This document shows positions 1 to 14,864 of a DNA stretch of 22,170 bases, in pieces. Below the pieces are notes generated by a model that was given only the letters and a program-made list of their open reading frames with translations, did no database searches and had not been told where the DNA came from. The position numbers were made by a program, and so were the translations under genes. The stretch lies in IMG/VR virus record IMGVR_UViG_2740892282_000009; one strand, 5' to 3'. How positions within the stretch are numbered: position 1 is the first letter of the stretch; every line of letters starts with the position of its first letter. Source of the stretch: a virus (taxonomy: Duplodnaviria; Heunggongvirae; Uroviricota; Caudoviricetes).

Positions 1-267
1 TGTTCAGCAGATTATCAGGCGCAACTGAAGCGGCATAATCTGCGTGGAAGTATGAGCGCAAAAGGTTGCTGCTACGATAATGCCTGCGTGGAAAGCTTCT
101 TTCATTCGCTGAAAGTGGAATGTATCCATGGAGAACACTTTATCAGCCGGGAAATAATGCGGGCAACGGTGTTTAATTATATCGAATGTGATTACAATCG
201 GTGGCGGCGGCACAGTTGGTGTGGCGGCCTCAGTCCGGAACAATTTGAAAACCAGAACCTCGCTTAG
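1..267 (+). CDS. insF: IS3 transposase OrfB, C-terminal fragment (5' truncated by window edge)
   Basis: Translation [88 protein letters not shown] matches, from memory, the end of E. coli IS3 InsF (integrase-core C-terminus). Stop TAG at 265-267. Confidence 0.8.
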   Translation, partial: CSADYQAQLKRHNLRGSMSAKGCCYDNACVESFFHSLKVECIHGEHFISREIMRATVFNYIECDYNRWRRHSWCGGLSPEQFENQNLA

Positions 268-297
268 GCCTGTGTCCATATTACGTGGGTAGGATCA
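259..297. repeat. IS3 right terminal inverted repeat (about 39 bp)
   Basis: CTCGCTTAGGCCTGTGTCCATATTACGTGGGTAGGATCA ends with the TGATC-type terminus (as reverse complement) typical of IS3 ends. Exact IR length is recalled, not computed. Confidence 0.6.
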
Positions 298-2662
298 TAT
301 TGTCCGTGCCGAATACGTCAAAGAATCCCATCTTAACCTTATATTCACCATCAACGATGTTTGGTACTGAGTCGAATTCAGGTGCATAACTGGTAAACAA
401 TCGGCTGGTATTCCCGTTAACAATACTGATAACAGCACCAGCATAATCACGTTCAGTTGATTGTGTCCATGAAGCAAATAAATTACCAAAACCACCAGTG
501 AATGATACGCCTTGTACTAATCCACATTGTTTGTTTTCTACTGTAATTTTCACTTCCTGTGAATACGTTCCATCATTAAATCCCTGTGCGATAATACCAA
601 TAGTTGGTTTACGTACTTTTAAACGATTCATCGCAAGAGCGAAATTGAAACTATTGCTTTGCGTATAGAAAGTATCTACAAGGGTTGTACCGTTATAGAT
701 TTTAATGATGTAGTACTTGAAGTAATCAGAATACGAGCGACCATTAACGATTAAGTTCTTCTGTGAATCCCATGCAATATTAAAATCAGGTGCATCGGTG
801 ATTAACGCTGATTCAGTACGATTTGCCAGTACTACGCCAGTTACGGAAGGTAAAGCAAAGTTATAAGTCGGTACTATTCCGTTAAGGGTTACACGCTGCG
901 ATACCAAACCAAGATTGTTATACGCCTCTACCCCAAAGTCATAGCTTGCAGTGTCAGACAATCCAAACAGTTCATAAGTGGTTTTCTGTACGCCCGTTTG
1001 CCCCGCATATGTCCATGTACTGGTACTGTGAAGTTTGTAGTAAACATAATAGCCCCGTAGGTACGGATCTTCTGAAACCGTCCAGGTCAAATCAATGATA
1101 GAACCGCTGGTAGTGTTGCCCTTGCGTACTGCCTGTAGATTCGTTGGAGCCTTCACAGTAAGTTCAGGGAAGTTAATCACACCACCCGGCGACCATACGC
1201 CCGGATCTACACCGTCATACATCTGGTCAGGGGCTTCCACGCAGGTTAGCGTTACATAGCCTACGTTCTCTTGATCGGTGGCAATGTCCTTGTTCAGTAC
1301 TTTAAATTTACCTGAGATATTCAATTCGGCATTACTGACATTGATAGCATCCCATACCTTGAGATCCCATCCTTCGGATGTGGTAAAGCTGATAGTACGT
1401 AAAGCATACTTTGCCTTGAGTACATCAACGTTTGCCATCTTAGCGATGACATCAGGATCATATGACCAACTGTAATCACGACTAAGTGCGATTACCTGCC
1501 CGTCTTGCCGAACGGCTTCATCAACGGTTATATCTGAAGGTATGCGTACTACATCCGTGGTGTACATTGATTCAGGGTTAGTGAATTTGCAGTCAACCAC
1601 ATTGAAGTAGTCAGTACCGCCACTGGTTGAAATCTGTACAGCACCAACCATATTAGATTCATTAAATGACGCTACTGAAACTGTTTTACGGTCTGTCGTA
1701 ATACAAATCTGTCCGGCGTGAACATACATAATACCGCCAAATGATTGACAGATATTTTCTATGTTTTCTTTATAGCTTGATTGGTAACTGATAGCACCAT
1801 TGGCGTAGTACTCGAAAGCATCACAATAGGCTGCCGTTTCTTTGAAGATATCAAGATTAATTAATGCGGGATCAATACCCATCCCATACGTCGTATTTGT
1901 TAAGTAATCATAGATAATTGACGGTGGATTACTACTTGCTTTAATACTGCCATCCACTAAATCAAAAATACGTTGCCCTTTCATTTCAACGGTCAAAGCA
2001 AACTGATCATTAACGAGAATGTTATTTTCTAATGATTTCTGTGTTTTCTTGATAACCGTACTGATACTAACAATGCCTTTACCAAGAAATTTATTAGTCC
2101 ATTTTGGCCCTGCATATCCAGTAGCTAACGTTTTAGTACTGGTATAATCACCACCAAAGCGTACTTCTAGTTGTAGAAATTCCTGATACTTTTCCGCAAT
2201 ACTGGCTTTCGGTACTATGCCATCTTGTGTAATCGGTACGGCTAAAACTGGTTCGTTATCGATATAGATCTGTAGAATATTCTTTTCAGTACCCGCATAT
2301 GCTACAGCCTGTTCTGAAAAGAGATATTGAGAATCACTATTCGGTACGTTGTACCATGACACAATTGAACCTGTCAGTACGTATGAACCGCCTGATACCC
2401 CGTTTTTATGTGGCAACTCACCGCCATAGATAACAGGTAATCCCGTAGTTGGGGAAGTACTTCGGCTTAATGAGTCCGACACATCCCCATAACCGCTTAC
2501 GCCGATTTGCCCCAACATTGATGTAGCCACCAGTGAAGCAGCTCCCGCAGCAGCCCCCCAGCCAATCGCGGCTAATGCTGTACCGCCAGTAAAGTACACG
2601 GCTGCCGCGACAATTACCGCAGTTATGATAGCTCCAAAGAAGCCCCCTAAACTCTTACCCAT
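281..2662 (-). CDS. Lambda J-like central tail fibre / host-specificity protein, C-terminally truncated by the IS3 insertion
   Basis: 793-aa ORF with a J-like (phage-tail_3 type) region (...YGMGIDPALINLDIFKETAAYCD...) and a fibronectin-III-like segment (...TWTVSEDPYLRGYYVYYKL...). The N-terminus is Gly/Ala-rich and hydrophobic. The last codons (ILPT) and the stop are read from the IS3 inverted repeat. Start ATG at 2662 lies behind AAGGA. Confidence 0.7.
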   Translation of the reverse strand: MGKSLGGFFGAIITAVIVAAAVYFTGGTALAAIGWGAAAGAASLVATSMLGQIGVSGYGDVSDSLSRSTSPTTGLPVIYGGELPHKNGVSGGSYVLTGSIVSWYNVPNSDSQYLFSEQAVAYAGTEKNILQIYIDNEPVLAVPITQDGIVPKASIAEKYQEFLQLEVRFGGDYTSTKTLATGYAGPKWTNKFLGKGIVSISTVIKKTQKSLENNILVNDQFALTVEMKGQRIFDLVDGSIKASSNPPSIIYDYLTNTTYGMGIDPALINLDIFKETAAYCDAFEYYANGAISYQSSYKENIENICQSFGGIMYVHAGQICITTDRKTVSVASFNESNMVGAVQISTSGGTDYFNVVDCKFTNPESMYTTDVVRIPSDITVDEAVRQDGQVIALSRDYSWSYDPDVIAKMANVDVLKAKYALRTISFTTSEGWDLKVWDAINVSNAELNISGKFKVLNKDIATDQENVGYVTLTCVEAPDQMYDGVDPGVWSPGGVINFPELTVKAPTNLQAVRKGNTTSGSIIDLTWTVSEDPYLRGYYVYYKLHSTSTWTYAGQTGVQKTTYELFGLSDTASYDFGVEAYNNLGLVSQRVTLNGIVPTYNFALPSVTGVVLANRTESALITDAPDFNIAWDSQKNLIVNGRSYSDYFKYYIIKIYNGTTLVDTFYTQSNSFNFALAMNRLKVRKPTIGIIAQGFNDGTYSQEVKITVENKQCGLVQGVSFTGGFGNLFASWTQSTERDYAGAVISIVNGNTSRLFTSYAPEFDSVPNIVDGEYKVKMGFFDVFGTDNMILPT

Positions 2663-3056
2663 TGTGTTTCCTTACTCTATAAAATGTTCCATTCGTTGGT
2701 TTTGGATGAAGTTCAAAGCCATCATGGCTTTCATTCACTCCAAGTACCCGACCTGATACAACCACTGCCATAATTAAAGGGTTATCAGGATCTAGCCATA
2801 TATCACCGTCTATAACGACCTGTACGGGGTTACAGTACTGTTCAACTATCTCCCCTGTATGATTCCATCCTTCAGCCTTTAGACCTGCTATACCTTCCTG
2901 TACGCTTGTATATTCACGATTTGCTAATTGCGTAGTACCATTAATTAAATCGATAATACGTAATACAATAATATTGCAATCGTTATCTCCGAATTGATAC
3001 GGGTTATCAATGGCGTACTGAATGACATTCATAATTTCATTGTGTAGATTTTTCAT
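2655..3056 (-). CDS. Tail-tip associated protein (133 aa); possible gpK-like/NlpC-P60-like peptidase, speculative
   Basis: Sits immediately upstream of the J-like gene and overlaps its start by 8 nt. Contains a Cys (GDNDCNIIV) and downstream His residues; the call rests mainly on position. Confidence 0.35.
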   Translation of the reverse strand: MKNLHNEIMNVIQYAIDNPYQFGDNDCNIIVLRIIDLINGTTQLANREYTSVQEGIAGLKAEGWNHTGEIVEQYCNPVQVVIDGDIWLDPDNPLIMAVVVSGRVLGVNESHDGFELHPKPTNGTFYRVRKHNG

Positions 3057-3679
3057 TATTTGTACTTCCAGTTTTGATTTTGATTAACTTGCCCTAACAG
3101 ACTAAAGTACTCATCACCTTTGTAGTAAGATTGATATACTGAGTTAGCAGCAATTAAGGTCGGCTGTCGGTCTAGCTTTTTATATACACTGTTAACGTAT
3201 ATCGTCATTTCGTTAGTTTTTTGATTTGGGTCTGCTACTGCCTGTACGTAATCAATGAATCCTGAAAACATAAGCATTGAATCGATTACAGTACTGTCAT
3301 ATGGATTCAAGATTACTAATTTGATATTCATCTGAGCATCTTTAAGAAATCCACCTAATGCAAGTGCACGTACTGATTGATTCACATTACTGACTTTGAA
3401 GTTGATAGCATCATTCGTGATGCCCTTTTGTTCTGAATAGGAAGGAAGTGAACCACTGATAATATCGGGGAAACTAATATATTGATAACCATCTAAATTG
3501 ATATCTATAAGTGAGTCTGTCCAGTGAAAACCATTTGTGCCTTTTGGAAGTACATCAAAACAAGTTACCTGTACACCCAAGCTCATTACATCCATTAGTG
3601 TTAATCGTGTTTTCGTCGTACCTTTAACTAACTTCCAGTACTTCAATAGATTGGCATTAGTAAAAACTGCATCATTCAT
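3056..3679 (-). CDS. Tail-tip / baseplate-hub-like structural protein (207 aa)
   Basis: Translationally coupled within the tail-tip gene string; no recognisable motif; assigned by synteny. Confidence 0.35.
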   Translation of the reverse strand: MNDAVFTNANLLKYWKLVKGTTKTRLTLMDVMSLGVQVTCFDVLPKGTNGFHWTDSLIDINLDGYQYISFPDIISGSLPSYSEQKGITNDAINFKVSNVNQSVRALALGGFLKDAQMNIKLVILNPYDSTVIDSMLMFSGFIDYVQAVADPNQKTNEMTIYVNSVYKKLDRQPTLIAANSVYQSYYKGDEYFSLLGQVNQNQNWKYK

Positions 3680-4236
3680 TATGTAATATTCTCCGTTGCC
3701 TTAAATGTCATATTCATTATGTTACCGACTGGCAATGTATAGTCATTATCAGGGTCCAGTACTGCTTCGATCATCAGATTGTTATATTTAATAATCTCGC
3801 TTGCCTGTACTGTATTTTGTAAGACAGGAAAAATAGTAATAGAAGTACTGGTACGTTCTACAATGCGATATATTTTATTGTGGTTAGTAAATTGAATCCA
3901 TTCACCTATCGCTAGAGAATTAGTACTGGTGTTGATTACCCTATTGCCTTTGTTAACAAGTGCAGTACTGGTTAACGATCCCGTTTGTGTGCCTCTGTAG
4001 GTACTCAACAATCCAAGAGAAAAAGTAAAGGGCTTACCCTGTGAGTACTGAGCAAGGAAGTTTTGAACCTCTCCAATACTGGCAGTATTGAAACTTAACT
4101 GAAACTGAATCTCATAGTATTGAATACCTGTACTTCTCATGATACGTTGCCCTGTCCATGTCTGATTTGAATAGACAGGTTCAGTACTTTTAATCTGGAA
4201 GTTTGTTATTTTTATTTGATTTGAAAAAGATGCCAT
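3679..4236 (-). CDS. Distal tail / tail-tip structural protein (185 aa)
   Basis: First gene of the tail-tip string; ATG at 4236 preceded by GAGGT; beta-rich composition; assigned by synteny. Confidence 0.35.
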   Translation of the reverse strand: MASFSNQIKITNFQIKSTEPVYSNQTWTGQRIMRSTGIQYYEIQFQLSFNTASIGEVQNFLAQYSQGKPFTFSLGLLSTYRGTQTGSLTSTALVNKGNRVINTSTNSLAIGEWIQFTNHNKIYRIVERTSTSITIFPVLQNTVQASEIIKYNNLMIEAVLDPDNDYTLPVGNIMNMTFKATENIT

Positions 4237-4271
4237 TGTAACCTCAACAATCCTTGTTTCGAGTATTTATT

Positions 4272-4892
4272 ATGATTGACTTCTTAAACCACATATTGCC
4301 TATATTATCTGCTATTGCATTCCCTATAGTTGTTGTAGTAGTAACTCTTTATATAGTCTACAGAAGCGGAAGTACATCCATCATTGCTAATAAGATATGG
4401 GGGATATTCATTGGTGAGAAAAATTTCTTCAATGAAGAATTAGCATTAAAAGAAAAGGTTGAACATGATGTTGCTAAATTCAACTTTAAAGTAAATCTGA
4501 AAACCAGGAATCTCACTCAAATTGAACAATTTTATAAATTTCTGGAAAAATTCGATCTGGATATAGATAACTTCAAAGGACTTCGTGACTGCTACTTGCC
4601 CTCATTGCAGAAGGTCAAAAAAACATCTAAAAGTGAAATGTTTAATATTGGCCTGGTTGTCTTGTTAATAGGCGGTTTTTTGTTACCTATCTTCATTGGC
4701 GTGTTTATATTTAGAGACATTTCTACTTTCGACGGGGGGAAATTAGCAAATCTATTCTTTTATACGTTTTTAATTTCTGCCAGTACAGTTTTAAGTTTTA
4801 GTCAGTTACTTAGAAAGATTAAGTCAATCAGAACCCGTAAATTGATCTATAAAAAGAAATGCGAATATCTTGCAAACAGAAAGCCCATGTAG
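4272..4892 (+). CDS. Integral membrane protein (about 206 aa), opposite-strand moron inside the tail module
   Basis: The ORF track gives 4254-4892 with a TTG start; the first ATG is at 4272. Hydrophobic N-terminal helix (ILPILSAIAFPIVVVVVTLYIVY) and a second hydrophobic pair (IGLVVLLIGGFLLPIFIGVFIF). Very AT-rich, without the GTAC excess of the neighbours. Confidence 0.55.
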   Translation: MIDFLNHILPILSAIAFPIVVVVVTLYIVYRSGSTSIIANKIWGIFIGEKNFFNEELALKEKVEHDVAKFNFKVNLKTRNLTQIEQFYKFLEKFDLDIDNFKGLRDCYLPSLQKVKKTSKSEMFNIGLVVLLIGGFLLPIFIGVFIFRDISTFDGGKLANLFFYTFLISASTVLSFSQLLRKIKSIRTRKLIYKKKCEYLANRKPM

Positions 4893-4900
4893 GGCTTTCT
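4878..4900. terminator. Hairpin between convergent genes (candidate bidirectional terminator)
   Basis: AGAAAGCCC-atgta-GGGCTTTCT: perfect 9-bp stem with 5-nt loop, overlapping the stop codons of the plus-strand moron (4890-4892) and the minus-strand gene (4900-4902). Confidence 0.5.
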
Positions 4901-6003
4901 TAAGAATTACGTCTCTGGCTGCTTCTTACTGCCTGTGTCACACTGTTGGCGTGCTTCTTCAACATTTCATTGAATTTCTTATCATCACCTGCAACGTCAC
5001 CCTGAATGATTAAGGGAGCGTTAACGGTGATGTCACCAGCAGTACTACCGCCTTTGTCCTGAGTATCGAGGAATTTAGTAAGTTTCTTGTTGGCTTCTGG
5101 CTGTACGACACGCTCACCGGCTTTCAGTACGAATGATTTATTATCATAACTAGATGGTAATTCATCTACGCCGCCGTGGAACTGCCCCGCATCAGCACCT
5201 TTTGCAGTACTGATAATGCTCAATCCAAGAGAGGCTACCTGTGCATAGTTCGCAAGGTTTTGAGGCCACGGCGTAGCAAGTGCCTGTGCAAGTGCGGATT
5301 GAATGCTTAGTACTGTCTGAGCTATCGTGATCCCACGTGAAACCATGAATGCCGCTTCGGCTGCACCAGACGATTCCCCAAATGCGGCCACCATCGCCCC
5401 ACTAAGGTTTTGTGCAGTATCTGAGAAGATTGTGAGTTGTTGCTGTGCATTCTGGTTACTGATATCAATGGCCTGAGCATTGTACTTTGCTGTTATACCA
5501 GTAGTGTTAGCACCTACGCCGTAATCCCCCTGATAGACAGGAAGAGGTGCAGCCATTGTCATTACACGGGCAACTACATCAGCAGGTGTAAATGAATAGG
5601 ATTTAGTAACTACCTGATCCTTATCCCCGGATAATTGAGTACCCGTAACGTAACCATTGACGATGGCATAAGTGATCTGACTTTCTTCTAAATCTAATTG
5701 ATACTGAATAATGACCTGAAATACAGTTTGTGATTCAGCTATTTCATCTAAGAATTGGTGCGTAGGATCATCAGGTAAGTATGCAACCACAATATCAAAT
5801 GGTTCTACTGATTTATCGGATAGTAGTACTGTCTTGTACTCATTATCATAGGTTTCAAAATTATTTGTTTCTGACTGGATGGTTAGAGCAGGAAATTCAG
5901 TTACATTATTAATAGTAACATTGCCTATGCCCTGTGGTGAACGGTTTCCAGTGTCCGTATTATATTGTAAAGTTAATCCCTTACCTGAAAAAATGTCGGC
6001 CAT
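4900..6003 (-). CDS. Tail protein with tape-measure-like Ala/Gly/Gln-rich central region (367 aa)
   Basis: Lies between the small head-tail genes and the tail-tip genes. Central low-complexity helical segment (AQQQLTIFSDTAQNLSGAMVAAFGESSGAAEAAF...) as seen in tape-measure or ejection proteins. The N-terminal 150 aa could be a tube-like domain. Confidence 0.35.
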   Translation of the reverse strand: MADIFSGKGLTLQYNTDTGNRSPQGIGNVTINNVTEFPALTIQSETNNFETYDNEYKTVLLSDKSVEPFDIVVAYLPDDPTHQFLDEIAESQTVFQVIIQYQLDLEESQITYAIVNGYVTGTQLSGDKDQVVTKSYSFTPADVVARVMTMAAPLPVYQGDYGVGANTTGITAKYNAQAIDISNQNAQQQLTIFSDTAQNLSGAMVAAFGESSGAAEAAFMVSRGITIAQTVLSIQSALAQALATPWPQNLANYAQVASLGLSIISTAKGADAGQFHGGVDELPSSYDNKSFVLKAGERVVQPEANKKLTKFLDTQDKGGSTAGDITVNAPLIIQGDVAGDDKKFNEMLKKHANSVTQAVRSSQRRNS

Positions 6004-6020
6004 TTTATATCCTTATAGCG

Positions 6021-6413
6021 TTATCTTGTTTTCTCCGTAACTTGAATATTTATCGTGAATGATAAAGAAACCGAGCCAGTTATAGGGTCTGTTACGATAT
6101 CGGATTGTTCATATGAGTAAGAGAGAATGATTAAATCAGCATCCTTGAAAGCACGTGCTTTCTCATTATCAAAAGTACTGATAATCTGATCATAAGTAAT
6201 TGATGGTGCAGTGTTGCCTGATTCTGGTTTTGGACTAATCAAGTACTGAATAGCAAAGTTACCTGCTTGTCTCTGCCCTCCAAAAGAAATTGAAGACAAT
6301 GAGTAATCAAATGCTATCTGTTCAAATACATCGGCATCACGTGATATTGTTAGATTCTTAGTTGCGTTGATTAGCTGTTTCATTGTCTGGCGTACTTTCT
6401 GTACTAACATCAT
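6021..6413 (-). CDS. Small virion protein (131 aa), candidate tail tube or head-tail joining protein
   Basis: The ORF track extends to 6491, but the start is probably ATG 6413-6411: it directly follows the upstream stop (TAA 6417-6415) and has GAGGA about 9 nt upstream. Beta-rich; assigned by synteny. Confidence 0.4.
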   Translation of the reverse strand: MMLVQKVRQTMKQLINATKNLTISRDADVFEQIAFDYSLSSISFGGQRQAGNFAIQYLISPKPESGNTAPSITYDQIISTFDNEKARAFKDADLIILSYSYEQSDIVTDPITGSVSLSFTINIQVTEKTR

Positions 6414-6414
6414 A

Positions 6415-6738
6415 TTAGTAGTCCTCTGCAAATGAAGCACCAGCAGAAGTACGAAAGTAGCAATTAACCATACCTGACCGATCATCTTCAATATTATAAA
6501 TTGTTTGGTTTACACCATCGATGATCAGTACTGTACCGATAGCTATATCAGCATTAACTAAATCATCCTTTCTCATTGTTACGTATGTTTCTGTACTTTC
6601 GATAAATCCACCTGCCGCTTCAATAGAAACGGGAAGTACTTCTGCAATTCCAGTAAAAGTACTTCCCGTAGAAGTTTGGATTAATTGACCGAAAGCATTT
6701 AGAAACGTATCTTGTTGACCGTTAGAAAATGCTCTCAT
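6415..6738 (-). CDS. Small virion protein (107 aa), candidate head-tail connector/adaptor
   Basis: Immediately downstream of the capsid ORF and tightly packed with neighbours; assigned by synteny. Confidence 0.35.
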   Translation of the reverse strand: MRAFSNGQQDTFLNAFGQLIQTSTGSTFTGIAEVLPVSIEAAGGFIESTETYVTMRKDDLVNADIAIGTVLIIDGVNQTIYNIEDDRSGMVNCYFRTSAGASFAEDY

Positions 6739-6743
6739 AGTTA

Positions 6744-10565
<3,822 letters not shown>

Positions 10566-10568
10566 TTA

Positions 10569-12942
<2,374 letters not shown>

Positions 12943-12956
12943 TTATTGAGATCACT

Positions 12957-13520
12957 ATGTCAGACCGCAACAATGATTTTTCTTTGCTGGTAAAGTTACT
13001 GAATAGCTTCCTAAAGAATGAAGATATAAAGAGGCGTCTGTATTCCTTCGTCAGTAATGAAACTAATGATTGGGAAAAATGGCTACAAATTGAATTTGAG
13101 CACTTCCTTAACAAAAAAAGAAAATATGAAGTTAAACGTGAAGTTACAGCTTTTCTTGACCCTAATAATTTCCCTGCAAGCAAGCTCTCAAAAATCGATA
13201 TAATAATGAGAGAAAAAGATACCCTTTTTGAAGACTATATCTTTATTGAGCTGAAATGTACTAAGCGTTCATCTGCCTTAAAAAGAGGATTGCAAGCAGA
13301 CCATTTGAAACTCAACTCTATACAAGAATGTAAGTATCCGATGCGAAATTCTTTCTGTGTTGGTTTTCATTTATATTGCTCATCATCTGTAGTTGAAGAA
13401 ATGGACAAGTATGTAACCGATACCCTTAAAGGATCTCATGCAGTATTCAAATTATGCGAATGTCCGACAAACCGTCATTGCGATTGTGCGTTAAATGAAA
13501 TAGGTGTTGTACTTTGCTAA
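12957..13520 (+). CDS. Small PD-(D/E)xK-like nuclease-fold protein with Cys-rich C-terminus (187 aa)
   Basis: Motif ...EKWLQIEFEH ... KIDIIMRE ... (16 aa) ... YIFIELKCTKR fits a D ... E-x-K nuclease core. C-terminus CECPTNRHCDC. Divergent from the TerS gene (44-bp gap). AT-rich, low GTAC count. Confidence 0.45.
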   Translation: MSDRNNDFSLLVKLLNSFLKNEDIKRRLYSFVSNETNDWEKWLQIEFEHFLNKKRKYEVKREVTAFLDPNNFPASKLSKIDIIMREKDTLFEDYIFIELKCTKRSSALKRGLQADHLKLNSIQECKYPMRNSFCVGFHLYCSSSVVEEMDKYVTDTLKGSHAVFKLCECPTNRHCDCALNEIGVVLC

Positions 13521-13699
13521 GTGCGGTGCGGGAAGCTATCTAAACTTCACACATAACTTAAAGAATCCGGTGCCGAAAACTCGCGTTCTAAGCTGGGCTG
13601 CCGGAGTACCTTAATTAGTAATTTAACTTAATTAGCTTGCTTAAAAATACTTACATTCTATTTTACATTAGCATTATTACAATGTTATATTAATAGCAC

Positions 13700-14854
13700 A
13701 TGCACATTGTAGCTCATAAAGGAATGACCAAATTGGTAAAGAATGTATATTTCGATGAATCAGGATTCACTGGTAATAACTTACTTTCAAAAGATCAGCC
13801 TTTTTTTAGTTACGCAGCAGTCGTGACTGATGATGAGGAAAGTAAACAGTTTGTTGATTATATAATAAACAAGTACTCGATCGCAGCCGAAGAGCTAAAA
13901 GGTAGCACTCTCGTAAATAGCAAGAGATTTCAACCAGCCGTAGATGAAATACTTAATCATTTCCGTGGTCGTATGCGTGTGGTTGTAAACGAAAAAAAAT
14001 ATGCCCTCTCAGGAAAATTCTTCGAATATATTTTTGAGCCAGTATTAGCAGCTAAAAGCTCAATTTTTTACAACCTTAAATTTCACCTATTCATCTCAAA
14101 TATAATGTATTTTTCTTTAATAGCTAAGGATGAATATTCAGAACTATTACATTCGCGATTTGAAGATTTTTCACGAGGTAAAATATTGGTTAATAGTTTT
14201 ATCGAACCAGTTGTTGGTTCTAAAAATTCTGAAATTATGATGGACATTCATGATTTCGCCAAGAATAACATCTCTATAATTGAAGAAGAATATGAAGGCC
14301 TTGAGGGTACTGGGATTGATAAGTGGTTATTAGATTTGACAACGACTTCTCTTTATAATCTCCTGTGCGATATGAGTAGTAAGTTTGGTACATTGAGAGC
14401 TATATGCGACAGCTCAAAACCATTAATTACTCATCAGGACTCATTCAATGAGATGATAGGCAATGATGAGATTGTGTTCGAGACTTTTCATGATAAAAAA
14501 ATCCCGATCACATTTAAGCTATCTGAGCCAATGATTCTTTCTGATTCTAAAGTCACGCATGGTATACAAATTGCGGATGTGGTAGCTGCGGCTAGCATTT
14601 ATGTCCTTAACAAGAAAAAATCGAAAGAAAAATATCATTCTAAATGGCTAAATCATTTTGAAGATGAGATTTTTTATTGGCAGTGCTGTGTTGTTCCCAC
14701 ACCAGAAAACCTTGACCCTAAAAATGTTAACAACCATTTAAATAGATATATTTTGCAAGAAATTGCAGAGCGAAGCAGAAACTCAACTCCTGTTTTAGAT
14801 GATATTGAGAAGGATATAATAAGAATTTCCAGAACATTAGCCATGCTACGTTGA
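13700..14854 (+). CDS. DUF3800-like protein (384-aa ORF; probable start at ATG 13724, 376 aa)
   Basis: N-terminal VYFDESGFTG matches the DESG-type signature I associate with DUF3800 (function unknown). AAAGGA immediately precedes ATG 13724. Followed by a strong hairpin terminator. Confidence 0.5.
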   Translation: MHIVAHKGMTKLVKNVYFDESGFTGNNLLSKDQPFFSYAAVVTDDEESKQFVDYIINKYSIAAEELKGSTLVNSKRFQPAVDEILNHFRGRMRVVVNEKKYALSGKFFEYIFEPVLAAKSSIFYNLKFHLFISNIMYFSLIAKDEYSELLHSRFEDFSRGKILVNSFIEPVVGSKNSEIMMDIHDFAKNNISIIEEEYEGLEGTGIDKWLLDLTTTSLYNLLCDMSSKFGTLRAICDSSKPLITHQDSFNEMIGNDEIVFETFHDKKIPITFKLSEPMILSDSKVTHGIQIADVVAAASIYVLNKKKSKEKYHSKWLNHFEDEIFYWQCCVVPTPENLDPKNVNNHLNRYILQEIAERSRNSTPVLDDIEKDIIRISRTLAMLR

Positions 14855-14864
14855 AATATATATT

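Larger units (their letters stand above)
1..297 (+). mobile_element. IS3-family insertion sequence, 3' portion (5' part lies outside the window)
   Basis: Frame-1 translation of 1-267 is an IS3-type transposase C-terminus; the sequence ends at 297 with a terminal inverted repeat (...GGATCA). GTAC is absent from this segment, unlike the flanking DNA. Confidence 0.85.

Noticed and set aside
4-279. 91-aa minus-strand ORF inside the IS3 segment
   Set aside because: It is antisense to the recognisable IS3 transposase C-terminus (frame 1, plus strand); the transposase frame explains this DNA.
13519-13527. AAGTGCGGT, identical to the Pasteurellaceae uptake signal sequence core
   Set aside because: Only one exact copy was found in 22 kb (plus one 1-mismatch copy near 21150), far below the density expected in a USS-bearing genome. 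It is most likely a chance match.
13521-13699. Intergenic region between the two cargo genes examined for a small RNA or operator (TTAATTAG duplicated, GC-rich segment 13521-13610)
   Set aside because: Only weak imperfect inverted repeats were seen. It most likely holds the promoter of the DUF3800-like gene (TACAAT-like -10 near 13678); there is not enough evidence to call a distinct element.
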